Assembly (NCBI GenBank): GCA_964556255.1
Contig: CAZKVQ010000012.1
Location: 1 to 63,047, forward strand
DNA length: 63,047 bases
DNA from: an uncultured Actinomycetes bacterium
GTDB taxonomy: Bacteria; Actinomycetota; Actinomycetes; S36-B12; UBA10799
Reading direction: 5' to 3'
The position numbers and the translations under genes are program-made. Position 1 is the first letter of the stretch; the number at the start of each line of letters is the position of its first letter. A model generated the notes under the pieces. The model did no database searches and had not been told where the DNA came from. It saw only the letters and a list, made by a program, of their open reading frames with translations. Of the stretch, positions 9,510 to 19,317 are shown piece by piece.

Positions 9510-10439
9510 CTACTCCTGCACCTGGTAGGACAGCGATTCCCCGGTATCGGTGAGCGCCTTGTCGTGGTGCGCACCTAGGTAGGCATCGATGACGTCCTGG
9601 TTCGCCATCACGGCGTCCGGCGGTCCCTCGGCGATGATCCGTCCTTGACTCATGACGACGACCCAGTCGCTGATGTCGCGCACGACGTCCATGTCATGCT
9701 CGACGAATACGACGCTCATGCCCTCTTCCCGGAGGTCCTTGATGTGCCGCAACAGTGACTGCGTCAGAGCCGGGTTGACGCCTGCCATCGGTTCGTCGAG
9801 CATCACCAACTCCGGATCACTCATGAGAGCCCGCGCCATTTCGAGCAGCTTGCGCTGACCACCAGAGAGTGAGCCCGCGAAATCATCGCGCTTGGCGTCC
9901 ATGCTGAACCGCTTCAGCAGCCCGTCGGCCTTACCCTCAATGCTCTTCTCCTGGTTGCGCCAGATGCCCGGGATCAGAGCTGAGAAGAAGTGCTCGCCCT
10001 TCTGGCCGGTGGCGCCGAGACACATGTTGTCGATGACGCGCAATCGACTCAGTGCCTTCGTCAACTGGAATGTCCGAACCATGCCGAGCCGCGCGACCTT
10101 GTAGGCCGGCAGTCCCCGCAGGCTCTTGCCGTTGAACCACCACTCGCCATCGTCAGGCTGGTCGAAGCCGGTCAGCAGGTTGAAGAAGGTCGTCTTGCCG
10201 GCACCGTTGGGGCCCACGAGCGCCGTGATCGCACCACGTTGGATCTCCACCCGTTTGACATCGACGGCGGTGAGGCCGCCGAAGCGGCGGACGATCCCGT
10301 CGGCCACCATGATCGGGTCAGGTTTGGCCACCCCCGGTTCGTGTGCCACATCGGCAAGCGCGGCAACCGCACGGCGCTTTCCCTCGCCGACGTGCTCGAC
10401 GTCGGCGGCAGGTTCTGGTGCTGGTGAGTTATCGGGCAT
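9510..10439 (-). CDS. livG: ABC transporter ATP-binding protein, LivG type
   Basis: FGGLTAV, GPNGAGKTT, RTFQ, LSGGQRKLLEMARALM, LDEPMAGVNP, VEHDMD. Confidence 0.92.
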   Translation of the reverse strand: MPDNSPAPEPAADVEHVGEGKRRAVAALADVAHEPGVAKPDPIMVADGIVRRFGGLTAVDVKRVEIQRGAITALVGPNGAGKTTFFNLLTGFDQPDDGEWWFNGKSLRGLPAYKVARLGMVRTFQLTKALSRLRVIDNMCLGATGQKGEHFFSALIPGIWRNQEKSIEGKADGLLKRFSMDAKRDDFAGSLSGGQRKLLEMARALMSDPELVMLDEPMAGVNPALTQSLLRHIKDLREEGMSVVFVEHDMDVVRDISDWVVVMSQGRIIAEGPPDAVMANQDVIDAYLGAHHDKALTDTGESLSYQVQE

Positions 10440-11412
10440 CGAGCGCCAACTCCCTCTTGTCGCCGAGGATCCCCTGGGGTCGGTAGATCATAAGCAGCAT
10501 CAGGGACAAACCGAGAATCCAGTAACGGACCTGGCCGACCTGGTCGCTCCGGATGAAGGTGATGGTGCCGTCCTGCACCGCACCGGCCAGGGCTCCGTCG
10601 ATGAACACCAGCAGGAACCAGAACACCACTGCGCCGAGCACCGGACCCAGCACCCGACCGGCCCCGCCCAGGATGAGTACCGCCCAGGCGAAGAACGTCA
10701 GATCGGTGGAGAAGAAGTCGGGCTGTACCGACTGGAAGGCGACGGCGGCGATGAAACCACCGAGACAGCCGAGCACGCCACCGAGGATGAGTGACTGCAT
10801 CTTGTAGAAGTACACGTTCTTGCCGAGGCTGCGAACAGCATCTTCGTCCTCACGGATCGCCTTGATGACCCGGCCCCAGGGGGAGCGCATCAGCAGCCAC
10901 ACCAGGACGCACGCCAGCGCGACCAGCACCCACCCCACGGTGACCACCCATAGGTCATTGGCGCTGAGGTCGATGGGGCCGAACTTCAGGTTCTGGGTGT
11001 AGGGGGAGTAGCTGTAGAACTCATCGGCGAAAGCGTTGATGCCGTCGGAACCGCCGAAGACCTCGCGCAGGGTTACCGAACGCACCAGCAGCCGTATGAT
11101 CTCGGCGGCCGCGATCGTCACGATCGCTAGATAGTCCGCCCGCAGGCGCAGGGTGGGTATGCCGAGCAGCAGGGCCAACAGAACGGCCGCCACAAGGCCG
11201 ATGATGATGCCCACCCACATAGGCAGACCCAGGAAAACGATCGTGACGGCGAGGCCGTAGGCGGCCACCGCCAGGAACGCGGCCTGCCCAAAGTTGAGCA
11301 GTCCGGTGTAACCGAAGTGCACGTTCAGACCGACGGCAGCGAGCGCGAAGATGACCGCCTGCACACCCAGTCCCTGGGTGATCGCCTGGCTGAAGATATT
11401 GCCCCAGTCCAT
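10429..11412 (-). CDS. livM: ABC transporter permease, LivM type
   Basis: GLNVHFGYTGLLNFGQAAF, LRLRADYLAIVT, RSPWGRVIKAIREDE, LGG-x-G. Confidence 0.92.
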   Translation of the reverse strand: MDWGNIFSQAITQGLGVQAVIFALAAVGLNVHFGYTGLLNFGQAAFLAVAAYGLAVTIVFLGLPMWVGIIIGLVAAVLLALLLGIPTLRLRADYLAIVTIAAAEIIRLLVRSVTLREVFGGSDGINAFADEFYSYSPYTQNLKFGPIDLSANDLWVVTVGWVLVALACVLVWLLMRSPWGRVIKAIREDEDAVRSLGKNVYFYKMQSLILGGVLGCLGGFIAAVAFQSVQPDFFSTDLTFFAWAVLILGGAGRVLGPVLGAVVFWFLLVFIDGALAGAVQDGTITFIRSDQVGQVRYWILGLSLMLLMIYRPQGILGDKRELALDAR

Positions 11413-11425
11413 GTCCGTGCCTCCC

Positions 11426-12739
11426 TCAGCCGACCCGCTCGCGACGGCCCAGGATGCCCTGGGGCCGGACCAACAGGATGAGGATCAAGATCACCAGAGC
11501 ACCCACGTTCTTCAGTTCCGGCGGGACCACCAGCGTGGACAGTTGGATCATCAGACCGACGATCAATGAACCCACGATGGCGCCGAAGGCGGTGCCGAGT
11601 CCACCCAGGGTGACACCGGCAAAGACCAATAGCAGCATCTGGAAGCCTTCGATCCAGTTGACGCCGTTGCTGAGGCTGAACAGGATTCCCGCGAGCGCGG
11701 CCAATCCGGCGCCGAAGATCCAGACCGTGTTGATGACCCGCTCCACGTCGATGCCTGAGGCACTGGCCAGGGCCGGGTTGTCGGAGATCGCCCGGCTCGC
11801 TTTGCCGCTCTTGGTCCGCAGCAGCCAGAAGGCTGTCGCCAGCAAGAAGACGATGGCGACGGCAGCGCCGATCATGGCCTTCGGTGTCACGGAGATCGGG
11901 CCGAGTTGGATGCCTGCCTGGCCCGAATACTGGGCGAACTGCTTGGTGGATCCGCCGAAGAAGAACAGGTAGATGTAACGCACCAGGATGCCGAGACCGA
12001 TCGACACCACCAACATCGCGATCAGGCCGGTCCCGCGTTTGCGCAAGCGTCGCCACAGGAGTCGGTCCTGCAGCCCACCGGCGATCCCACACACGACCAC
12101 CGCCAAGGTGGCCGCAAGCAGGAAGGGAAGGCCCAGCAGGTTGTTGAAGAAGTAGGTGGCAAGAGCGCCGAGGGTGATCAACTCACCGTGCGAGAAGTTC
12201 GTCAATCCCGTGGTGCCGTAGACCAACGACAACCCGATCGCCGCCAGGGCGATGATCAGACCGAACAGCAGTCCATCGACGGTCAACTGCAACGGCCGGT
12301 TCGTCGCGGCCTGGTCACCCTCGTCCGGCGACGTACCCGATGAGGTGGGGAACAGCACCACCTGCGTCCGACCGTCGAAAACATCGACGTTGCGCGCGGA
12401 CTGGGCCGTGTTGCGCAGGCTGACACCGGCGGGCAGGGTCTTCTGGTCGAGTGCGACGGTGTACCGGCCACCACCTGGCACCGGCACCTGCCACACCCCA
12501 GTAGCCGCGGTGCTCACCGTCTTGCTGAACGCGCCCTTCGGCGTCGTCTTCCCGGCGGCTGTGATGTCCTCGTCATTGGTGACCGTGATCTTGACACCCG
12601 GGATGGGCTTGGCATCGGGCGCCAATAGGGTGCCCTTGATGGCGGTCCCGCCGTCGGCCGACGCCGCCGGCGCTGCCGCGAACACCAGTCCCAGAGTGGC
12701 CAGGATGAGGCCGAGAACGGCTACTATCCGCCTCCGCAC
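11426..12739 (-). CDS. livH: ABC transporter permease, LivH type, with an N-terminal exported beta-rich domain
   Basis: GLSLVYGTTGLTNFSHGE, GKASRAISDNPALASASGID, LGGLG, RPQGILG. Start set at GTG 12739 (SD aaggcgaggt), followed by a signal peptide ending AASA. Confidence 0.9.
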   Translation of the reverse strand: MRRRIVAVLGLILATLGLVFAAAPAASADGGTAIKGTLLAPDAKPIPGVKITVTNDEDITAAGKTTPKGAFSKTVSTAATGVWQVPVPGGGRYTVALDQKTLPAGVSLRNTAQSARNVDVFDGRTQVVLFPTSSGTSPDEGDQAATNRPLQLTVDGLLFGLIIALAAIGLSLVYGTTGLTNFSHGELITLGALATYFFNNLLGLPFLLAATLAVVVCGIAGGLQDRLLWRRLRKRGTGLIAMLVVSIGLGILVRYIYLFFFGGSTKQFAQYSGQAGIQLGPISVTPKAMIGAAVAIVFLLATAFWLLRTKSGKASRAISDNPALASASGIDVERVINTVWIFGAGLAALAGILFSLSNGVNWIEGFQMLLLVFAGVTLGGLGTAFGAIVGSLIVGLMIQLSTLVVPPELKNVGALVILILILLVRPQGILGRRERVG

Positions 12740-12837
12740 GCTACGTACCTCGCCTTCGGGAACCCGTATGCCGGTCCATGCGTGGACCGCGACGATGGAA
12801 GCATAGCCAGGGTTTGTTACATCGGCAGGCACCTGAG

Positions 12838-12861
12838 CAGACTCGTGTTCCGGCGAGTCTG
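12838..12861 (-). terminator. Hairpin downstream of dprE2
   Basis: cagactcg-N8-cgagtctg, 8-bp perfect stem ~25 nt after the dprE2 stop. Confidence 0.45.
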
Positions 12862-12885
12862 TGTTGGACGGTCCGCGACGGCAGG

Positions 12886-13650
12886 CTACCTCTCGGCGAC
12901 CTTTCGGAAGACCGGACGCGGCAGAGCCTTCATCGTGCCCATCACGGCGCGCAGGATGCCGGGGGAGTAGACCACGGGCTTCCCGGAGCGCCAAGCCTTG
13001 ACGGTGTCCTCGGCCACCGCCTCCGCGGTCGTGGCGAACGGCGCCTCTTCCAATCCGGTCGTCATACGGGTATGCACGAAACCCGGACGCACCACGAGCA
13101 CCTCCACGCCGGTCCCGACGAGGGAGTCACCGAGCCCCTGGGCCAGGGTGTCGAGTCCCGCCTTGGTGGAGCCGTAGACGAAGTTCGCAGCTCGGGCGCG
13201 GTCGCCCGCCACGGAGGACATCACGATGATGCTGCCGTGACCCTGCGCCTTCATGAAGTGCGCGACGTTCAACGTGGCGCTGACCCCACCCACGTAGTTG
13301 GTGGTGATCAGCGGCAGAGCGGCCTCGGGATCGTCGTCGATCGCCGCTTGGTCGCCAAGCAGCCCGAAGGCGACGATGGCTATGTCGACCTCACCGTCGC
13401 CGAACACCCGCGCCAGCACCTCACGGTGGGTCTGGGGCTCATCGGCGTCGAAGGGCACGACGTCCACCGCCGCGGCGGGAACCGCCGCGCGGATCTGATC
13501 GGCGGCCGCGTCCAGCCGCTCACCTGGGCGTCCGGCGAGCACTACCCTGGCAAGACGCGCCTGCGGAAGGGCTCGGACTATCGCGAGCCCGATCTCCGAG
13601 GTACCGCCGAGCAGCAGAACTGACTGAGGTTGTTTCACAGCATTGATCAC
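12886..13650 (-). CDS. dprE2: Decaprenylphospho-beta-D-erythro-pentofuranosid-2-ulose 2-reductase (SDR)
   Basis: VINAVKQPQSVLLLGGTSEIGLAI, DIAIVAFGLLG, SSVAGDRARAANFVYGSTKAGLD; GTGA overlap with the dprE1 stop. Confidence 0.9.
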   Translation of the reverse strand: MINAVKQPQSVLLLGGTSEIGLAIVRALPQARLARVVLAGRPGERLDAAADQIRAAVPAAAVDVVPFDADEPQTHREVLARVFGDGEVDIAIVAFGLLGDQAAIDDDPEAALPLITTNYVGGVSATLNVAHFMKAQGHGSIIVMSSVAGDRARAANFVYGSTKAGLDTLAQGLGDSLVGTGVEVLVVRPGFVHTRMTTGLEEAPFATTAEAVAEDTVKAWRSGKPVVYSPGILRAVMGTMKALPRPVFRKVAER

Positions 13651-15011
13651 AGGTCGAGCCTCCGACTCAGATCCGATGAGAACAGGTGGTTTGGGTCCAC
13701 GGCGGCCTTCACTCGCCGGAAGTCGGCCAGCATCGGGTAGCCCGCCTCGTTGGTCTCCACGCTGCCGCGGGAGTCTTTGGCCAGGTACAGCCGCCCGCCG
13801 GCCCCGATGAGATCGCGGTCCAACTCGTCCAGCGTCGCTCCCAGACCTGGGATTCCCGCCGGAATGTCTAATGCGAGCGTCCAACCCTTGGTCGGGAAGC
13901 TGAGGTAGCAGCCGTTCTCGGGGCCGAACCGCTTGAGCACTGACAGGAACGACGAGGCGCCGATCCGCTGCAGTTCCTCAAGAGCGTGACCCACCAGCCA
14001 GGATTGCTCGTCCGAGACCGCGAACTGATACTGCAGGAAGCCCTCCGGCCCATAGATCCGGTTCCATTCCGATACGCCATCGAGGGGGTGGAAGAACTCA
14101 GCGATCGACTGGATCTCGTCATCACGTTGCTTAGGCGCCTTGCGATACCACAGTTCGTTGAACGCGGCCATGCTCATCTTGTTCAGCAGCCCACCTGGCA
14201 CGAATGGTGGCGCCGTTGCCAGCATCGACGGGTCGTAGGCCAGCGGGTCGTCGGCCTTGGCCTTCGGGAGTTGGTCGAGGCTGGCGTGTTCACCGCTGGT
14301 CAACACGCCGCGGCCGAAGCGGGGGCCTTTCGCCACGGAGTCGATCCAGGCAACTGAGTAGGTGTACTTCTCGTCGGCGCTGACCATCTCCGCCATCAGG
14401 TCATCGAGGTTGGCGCAGCGTCGGGTATCCACTGAGATCAGCGACGATTGGATCGGATTCATCTGGATGGCGGCCGACAAGATGATGCCGGTCAGCCCCA
14501 TGCCGCCGACCGTGGCCCGAAACAGTTCCCGGTCCTCGGTAACCTCGGAGTCCGGGGCCACGGTGCGGATGGATCCGTCCGCGACCAGCAGATCCAGTGA
14601 GGTCACGTGGGCACCGAACGTCCCGACCCGGTGGTGGTTCTTGCCGTGGATATCGGCCGCGATCGCACCGCCGATGGTCACATACCTGGTGCCGGGGGTT
14701 ACCGGCACGAACCACCCGTGCGGGACGAAACGCCGCATGATGTCATCGAGACTGGTGCCGGCGTCGGCGATGAGGATGCCGGTGGCCGGATCAAGGCTCA
14801 TGGTTCCGCCAGAGACCTCGACCACCAACCCGCCGCCGTTCTGGGCGGCGTCACCGTAGGCGCGCCCGAGGCCGCGAGCGACGACGCCCCGAGAGCCCGC
14901 CTCGGCAAGCAGCGCCGCCGGGCTCTCGCCAGGAGCCAACTCGGCCACGGTGGCCGAACTCGGGGCGGTGCGCCCCCAACCTGACAGCAGTTCCTCGCGT
15001 TTGATGACCAT
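13647..15011 (-). CDS. dprE1: Decaprenylphosphoryl-beta-D-ribose oxidase (FAD-linked)
   Basis: LSGWGRTAPS, ARGLGRAYGDAAQNGGG, PVTPGTRYVTIGGAIAADIHGKNHH, YSVAWID, FFHPLD, GRLYLAKDS, SRRL-x-L end. Confidence 0.93.
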   Translation of the reverse strand: MVIKREELLSGWGRTAPSSATVAELAPGESPAALLAEAGSRGVVARGLGRAYGDAAQNGGGLVVEVSGGTMSLDPATGILIADAGTSLDDIMRRFVPHGWFVPVTPGTRYVTIGGAIAADIHGKNHHRVGTFGAHVTSLDLLVADGSIRTVAPDSEVTEDRELFRATVGGMGLTGIILSAAIQMNPIQSSLISVDTRRCANLDDLMAEMVSADEKYTYSVAWIDSVAKGPRFGRGVLTSGEHASLDQLPKAKADDPLAYDPSMLATAPPFVPGGLLNKMSMAAFNELWYRKAPKQRDDEIQSIAEFFHPLDGVSEWNRIYGPEGFLQYQFAVSDEQSWLVGHALEELQRIGASSFLSVLKRFGPENGCYLSFPTKGWTLALDIPAGIPGLGATLDELDRDLIGAGGRLYLAKDSRGSVETNEAGYPMLADFRRVKAAVDPNHLFSSDLSRRLDL

Positions 15012-15015
15012 GCCG

Positions 15016-15903
15016 TCAGACTCCCAACGCGGCTAGACCGAATATGACAACCCAAAGCCCACCGAGAAGCATCAGGACCTTGTCCGAGAGCACCACCTCG
15101 TCGGGCGCCTCGGCGGTATCCCGATCGATGTCGACCGCGTACCGCATGATCGCCAGGACGAACGGGACGATACTCATCCCCGCCCAGGGGAGGGTCGAGG
15201 ATTGCTCAGCGACTTCGAAGGCCCACAAGCAGTAGGCGGTGATGGTGACCGCCGCCGCCATACCCCAGACGAACCTCAGATACGCCGACGTGTAGCCCTC
15301 GAGCACCCGCCGGGTGGACGGCGATCCCTGTTTGGCCCCGACGGCCTGGGCGGTCTTGTTCAACTCGCTGGACCGTTTCCCTGCCGCCATGAACAGCGAG
15401 CCGAAACCCGCCACGATCAGGAACCAACTCGAGATCGGAATACCGGTGGCGGCCCCGCCCGCGATAGCCCTGAGGAGAAAACCCAGCGCGATCAGCGCGA
15501 GTTCCAGAACGGGTTCGTGTTTGAGCCACATGGAATAGCTCAAGGTGACGGCCACGTAGGCGGCGAGTACCGAGGCCAAGGCGGGTCGCACTGCGAACGC
15601 CAATCCGACCGCCACGATGATCAGCACGGCCGCGGCCACTATCGCGGTGCGAGGTGACAGCTCGCCGGCAGCGATCGGACGGGTGCGTTTGGTCGGGTGG
15701 GCACGATCGGCCTCGGCGTCGACAGTGTCGTTGATCAGGTAGGTTGCGCTCGCCGCCAGGCAGAACACGGCGAAGGCGGCAACGGTCTTGGCCAAAACAG
15801 GCAAGTCGAGGATCTGTCCCGCAGCGAGCGGGACGGCTGCCACCAGGACGTTCTTCGTCCATTGGTGCGGCCGCATGGCGCGCAGCAGCGGCGGCAAGGC
15901 CAC
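15016..15903 (-). CDS. ubiA: Decaprenyl-phosphate phosphoribosyltransferase (UbiA family, Rv3806c-like)
   Basis: RPHQWTKNVLV, YLIND-x2-DAEADRAHPTKRTRPIAAG, GFLLRAIAGG, GKR-x2-EL. Start GTG 15903 with SD gaagggga. Confidence 0.9.
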   Translation of the reverse strand: MALPPLLRAMRPHQWTKNVLVAAVPLAAGQILDLPVLAKTVAAFAVFCLAASATYLINDTVDAEADRAHPTKRTRPIAAGELSPRTAIVAAAVLIIVAVGLAFAVRPALASVLAAYVAVTLSYSMWLKHEPVLELALIALGFLLRAIAGGAATGIPISSWFLIVAGFGSLFMAAGKRSSELNKTAQAVGAKQGSPSTRRVLEGYTSAYLRFVWGMAAAVTITAYCLWAFEVAEQSSTLPWAGMSIVPFVLAIMRYAVDIDRDTAEAPDEVVLSDKVLMLLGGLWVVIFGLAALGV

Positions 15904-15978
15904 GGATTTCTCCCCTTCAGCACTTCGGCGCTGCAACCCGTTCTGGCAGCGAAAACTCTGGATGTCGGGGGTTACCCG

Positions 15979-16461
15979 CTACACGTCCCTCAACAGACAG
16001 GTTAGCCGAGCCGTGCAGACCGGCCTAGCGCTGTCGTCGGTGATTCGTATCTCGTAAGTGGCAAGAGTGCGACCTAGAGAGAGTGGCGTGGCAGAGGCGT
16101 GCACCTCACCGGTGGTGGCGCTGCGGTGGTGGCTACAGCTGAGCTCGATGCCCATGGCGATGCGACCCGCGCCAGCATGGAGGGAGGCCGCGAGCGAGCC
16201 AACGCTCTCGGCGAGCACGCCAGATGCGCCGCCGTGAAGAAGTCCGAACGGCTGGGTGTTGCCCGCCACCGGCATAGACGCCTCCAGTCGATCCGCGGCG
16301 ACGTAGGTGTAGCGGATGCCCATCTTGCCGTCCAGGGTGCGATCGGTGAGGGCATTCATCGCGGCGGCGGCCTCTTCGCCCGACGCGAATTCGCCCGGCC
16401 ACTGCAACTGGGCATCCTTGGCGGGCGGCGGGGGGACGGACTCGGTGGCGTCATCGTTCAT
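15979..16461 (-). CDS. Hotdog-fold thioesterase (PaaI/MenI-like)
   Basis: MPVAGNTQPFGLLHGGAS-x-VLAES-x-GS, GIELSCSHHRS. Confidence 0.9.
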   Translation of the reverse strand: MNDDATESVPPPPAKDAQLQWPGEFASGEEAAAAMNALTDRTLDGKMGIRYTYVAADRLEASMPVAGNTQPFGLLHGGASGVLAESVGSLAASLHAGAGRIAMGIELSCSHHRSATTGEVHASATPLSLGRTLATYEIRITDDSARPVCTARLTCLLRDV

Positions 16462-16467
16462 GGTCCC

Positions 16468-16473
16468 AGCCTA
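16468..16473 (-). promoter_or_regulatory. -10 element (TAGGCT), leaderless-type, for the thioesterase
   Basis: TANNNT 6 nt before ATG 16461. Confidence 0.6.
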
Positions 16474-16511
16474 GATCCAGCCGGGTTCGCCGTTGGCGCC
16501 GGCGACGGCCC

Positions 16512-16517
16512 TAGGAT
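16512..16517 (+). promoter_or_regulatory. -10 element (TAGGAT), leaderless-type, for polA
   Basis: TANNNT 7 nt before GTG 16525; no SD. Confidence 0.6.
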
Positions 16518-16524
16518 CGACGCT

Positions 16525-19179
16525 GTGACCGAAACCCGCCGCCTGCTACTGCTCGACGGCCATTCCCTCGCCTACCGCGCGTTCTACGCCTTGCCGGTGG
16601 AGAACTTCTCCACCACTACCGGGCAGGCGACGAACGCCGTGTACGGCTTCACCTCGATGCTGATCAACGTTCTGCGGGACGAGCGCCCCACCCACATCGC
16701 CGTCGCCTTCGATGTCTCCCGGCACACCTTCAGGACCGACGAGTTTCCCGACTACAAAGCGACCCGTTCGGCCTCGCCGGCCGAGTTCGCCGGTCAGGTG
16801 GACCTCACGAAGAACGTGTTGGCGGCGCTCAACATCGCCACCCTTGAGGTGGAGGGGTACGAGGCTGACGACATCATCGCGACCTTGGCAACCGCCGGGG
16901 AGCAGGAGGACTTCGAGGTCCTGATCGTCACCGGCGATAGGGACGCCTTCCAACTCGTCGACCGCGACATCACGGTGCTGTACCCGAAGCGTGGCGTATC
17001 CGAACTGGCGCGGATGGATCCGGCGGCCGTGGAGGAGAAGTATGGACTCGCCCCCGAACGCTACGCGGATTTCGCGGCGCTGCGCGGGGACAAGAGCGAC
17101 AATCTGCCCGGTATCCCTGGCGTGGGGGAGAAGACGGCGACCAAGTGGATCAACGAGTTCAATGGCCTGGACGGCCTGGTTGCCAATGCCGACAAGGTTC
17201 CCGGCAAGGCGGGGGAGGCCCTCAGAGCCAACCTGGAGCAGGTGCTCACCAACCGCCGCCTGACCGAACTCGTGCGGGATGTCCCACTGGCGAGTTCGGT
17301 GCCCGACTTGGAGTGGAGCGGCTTCGACCGAGACGCCGTGCACGAAGTCTTCGATGCGTTGGAGTTCCAGATCCTGCGAGGTCGGCTGTTGGAGTACTTC
17401 GCCGATCCGGTCGCCGCCGCAGAACGCGCAGTCGACATCGAACTGAGTACCGACTCCGCCCGCCATTGGCTGGCCGAACATTCCGATGGCCCACTGGCGC
17501 TGGTCGTCGTGGGGACCTGGGGCAGGGGGACGGGAACCGTCGATCGTCTGGTGGTCGCCGCGGCCGACGCTCCCGTCTTGGTGGTGGATTGCGCTGACCT
17601 CGACGACGAGGATGCGGCCGCCATCGCAGCATGGTTGGCCGACGAGGACTCCCCGAAGGTGATGCATGATGCCAAGGGTCCGATGCTCGCATTGACCGCA
17701 CATGGGTGGCCGCTGCGAGGGCTGCGGATGGACACTGCCCTGGCCGCCTACCTGCTACTGCCGGGACAGCGGTCCTTCGAACTGGCCGACCTGGTGGGTC
17801 GCTTCTGCGGACTCGACCTGACTGCCGCGGATGATGGCGGCGGACAACTGGCGCTCGCTGAAATCGATGACTCGGCAGCGCAGCGGGCGCAGGAGGCAGC
17901 CGCCCTGTTGCCCCTTGCGGCGGTGTTCACCGACCAACTCGTCGAACGTGAGGGGATCAGTCTGCTCGACGACGTCGAACTACCGCTCCTCACCGTGCTC
18001 GCGGACATGGAGCGCGTCGGCATCGCCGCCGATCGCGAGCACCTCGCCATGCTGGAGTCGCAGTACGGTTCCGCGCAACGGGACGCGGAGACCGCAGCAC
18101 ACGCGCTGGCCGGCAGGGACTTCAATCTCGGGTCCCCCAAGCAGCTGCAGGAGATCCTCTTCGCCGAGCGCGGACTGCCCAAGACGAAGAAGATCAAGAC
18201 CGGCTACACGACGGACGCCGAGGCGCTCACCGCGCTATACGCCCAGACCGAGGACCCACTACTGGCCGAATTGCTGCGCTATCGCGACGTCTCCAAGTTG
18301 CGCCAGACCGTCGCGGGTCTGCTGCCGCTCATCGACGACAGTGGTCGTATCCATACAACGTTCAACCAGATGGTGGCTGCCACCGGGCGGCTCTCCAGCA
18401 CCGACCCGAACCTTCAGAACATCCCCATCCGAACGGAGGAGGGACGCCAGATCCGCGCCGGCTTCGTCGTCGGCGATGGATTCGAGACCCTGCTGACGGC
18501 CGACTACAGCCAGATCGAGATGCGCATCATGGCTCACCTGTCGGCGGACGCAGGGCTGATCGAGGCCTTCAACTCGGGGGAGGACCTGCACACCACCGTC
18601 GGATCGAGGGTCTTCGGGGTGCCGCCCGCCGAGGTCACCGCCGAGATGCGCCGACGCATCAAGGCCATGTCCTACGGCCTCGCGTACGGACTGTCCTCCT
18701 TCGGTCTGTCCCAGCAGTTGGGTATCACCCGCGGGGAGGCCCAGTCGTTGATGGATGAGTACTTCGAGAGATTCGGAGGGGTTCGGGATTACCTGGGCGA
18801 GGTCGTCGAGCGGGCGCGTGCCACCGGATGGACCGAGACCGTGCTCGGTCGTCGCCGCTATCTGCCCGATCTGAACAGCGACAACAGGCAACGCCGCCAG
18901 ATGGCCGAACGCATGGCTCTGAACGCGCCCATTCAAGGATCGGCGGCGGACCTGGTGAAGGTCGCGATGCTGCGGGTGGATCGCGCCCTGTCGACAGCGG
19001 ACCTTCGCTCCCGGATGCTGCTGCAGGTGCACGACGAACTGGTGCTCGAGGTTGCGCCGGGCGAACTGGCGCAGGTGGAGTCACTCGTGCGTGCCGAGAT
19101 GGCGCAGGCGTATGCACTGGACGTGCCGCTGGATGTCTCGGTCGGCACCGGACGTACCTGGGCCGAGGCTGGGCACTGA
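16525..19179 (+). CDS. polA: DNA polymerase I
   Basis: LLLDGHSLAYRAFYALP, EADDIIAT, LRGDKSDNLPGIPGVGEKTA, TGRLSS-x2-PNLQNIP, ADYSQIEMRI, LQVHDELV. The real start is GTG 16525, not 16099. Confidence 0.98.
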   Translation: MTETRRLLLLDGHSLAYRAFYALPVENFSTTTGQATNAVYGFTSMLINVLRDERPTHIAVAFDVSRHTFRTDEFPDYKATRSASPAEFAGQVDLTKNVLAALNIATLEVEGYEADDIIATLATAGEQEDFEVLIVTGDRDAFQLVDRDITVLYPKRGVSELARMDPAAVEEKYGLAPERYADFAALRGDKSDNLPGIPGVGEKTATKWINEFNGLDGLVANADKVPGKAGEALRANLEQVLTNRRLTELVRDVPLASSVPDLEWSGFDRDAVHEVFDALEFQILRGRLLEYFADPVAAAERAVDIELSTDSARHWLAEHSDGPLALVVVGTWGRGTGTVDRLVVAAADAPVLVVDCADLDDEDAAAIAAWLADEDSPKVMHDAKGPMLALTAHGWPLRGLRMDTALAAYLLLPGQRSFELADLVGRFCGLDLTAADDGGGQLALAEIDDSAAQRAQEAAALLPLAAVFTDQLVEREGISLLDDVELPLLTVLADMERVGIAADREHLAMLESQYGSAQRDAETAAHALAGRDFNLGSPKQLQEILFAERGLPKTKKIKTGYTTDAEALTALYAQTEDPLLAELLRYRDVSKLRQTVAGLLPLIDDSGRIHTTFNQMVAATGRLSSTDPNLQNIPIRTEEGRQIRAGFVVGDGFETLLTADYSQIEMRIMAHLSADAGLIEAFNSGEDLHTTVGSRVFGVPPAEVTAEMRRRIKAMSYGLAYGLSSFGLSQQLGITRGEAQSLMDEYFERFGGVRDYLGEVVERARATGWTETVLGRRRYLPDLNSDNRQRRQMAERMALNAPIQGSAADLVKVAMLRVDRALSTADLRSRMLLQVHDELVLEVAPGELAQVESLVRAEMAQAYALDVPLDVSVGTGRTWAEAGH

Positions 19180-19317
19180 CGCAGTAGCGCAGCGTCCTCC
19201 GCAATAGCCCAACGATCCGCTGCTTGAATTCGAGTCGAGAAACCTGTTGGCGAGATCGCACTTGATGCTCCTACCCCTGAGAGCGGCAGCCTTGCCACTC
19301 ACCCGAGGGAGGACATC

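Noticed and set aside
16099-16524. Apparent N-terminal extensions of polA, dprE2 (13651-13884), livH (12740-12994), the esterase (21951-22424), lnt and the ABC ATPase (59341-59502)
   Set aside because: These are longest-ORF artefacts that overlap neighbouring genes. Better starts are supported by SD or -10 elements, stop/start overlaps and homologous N-termini.
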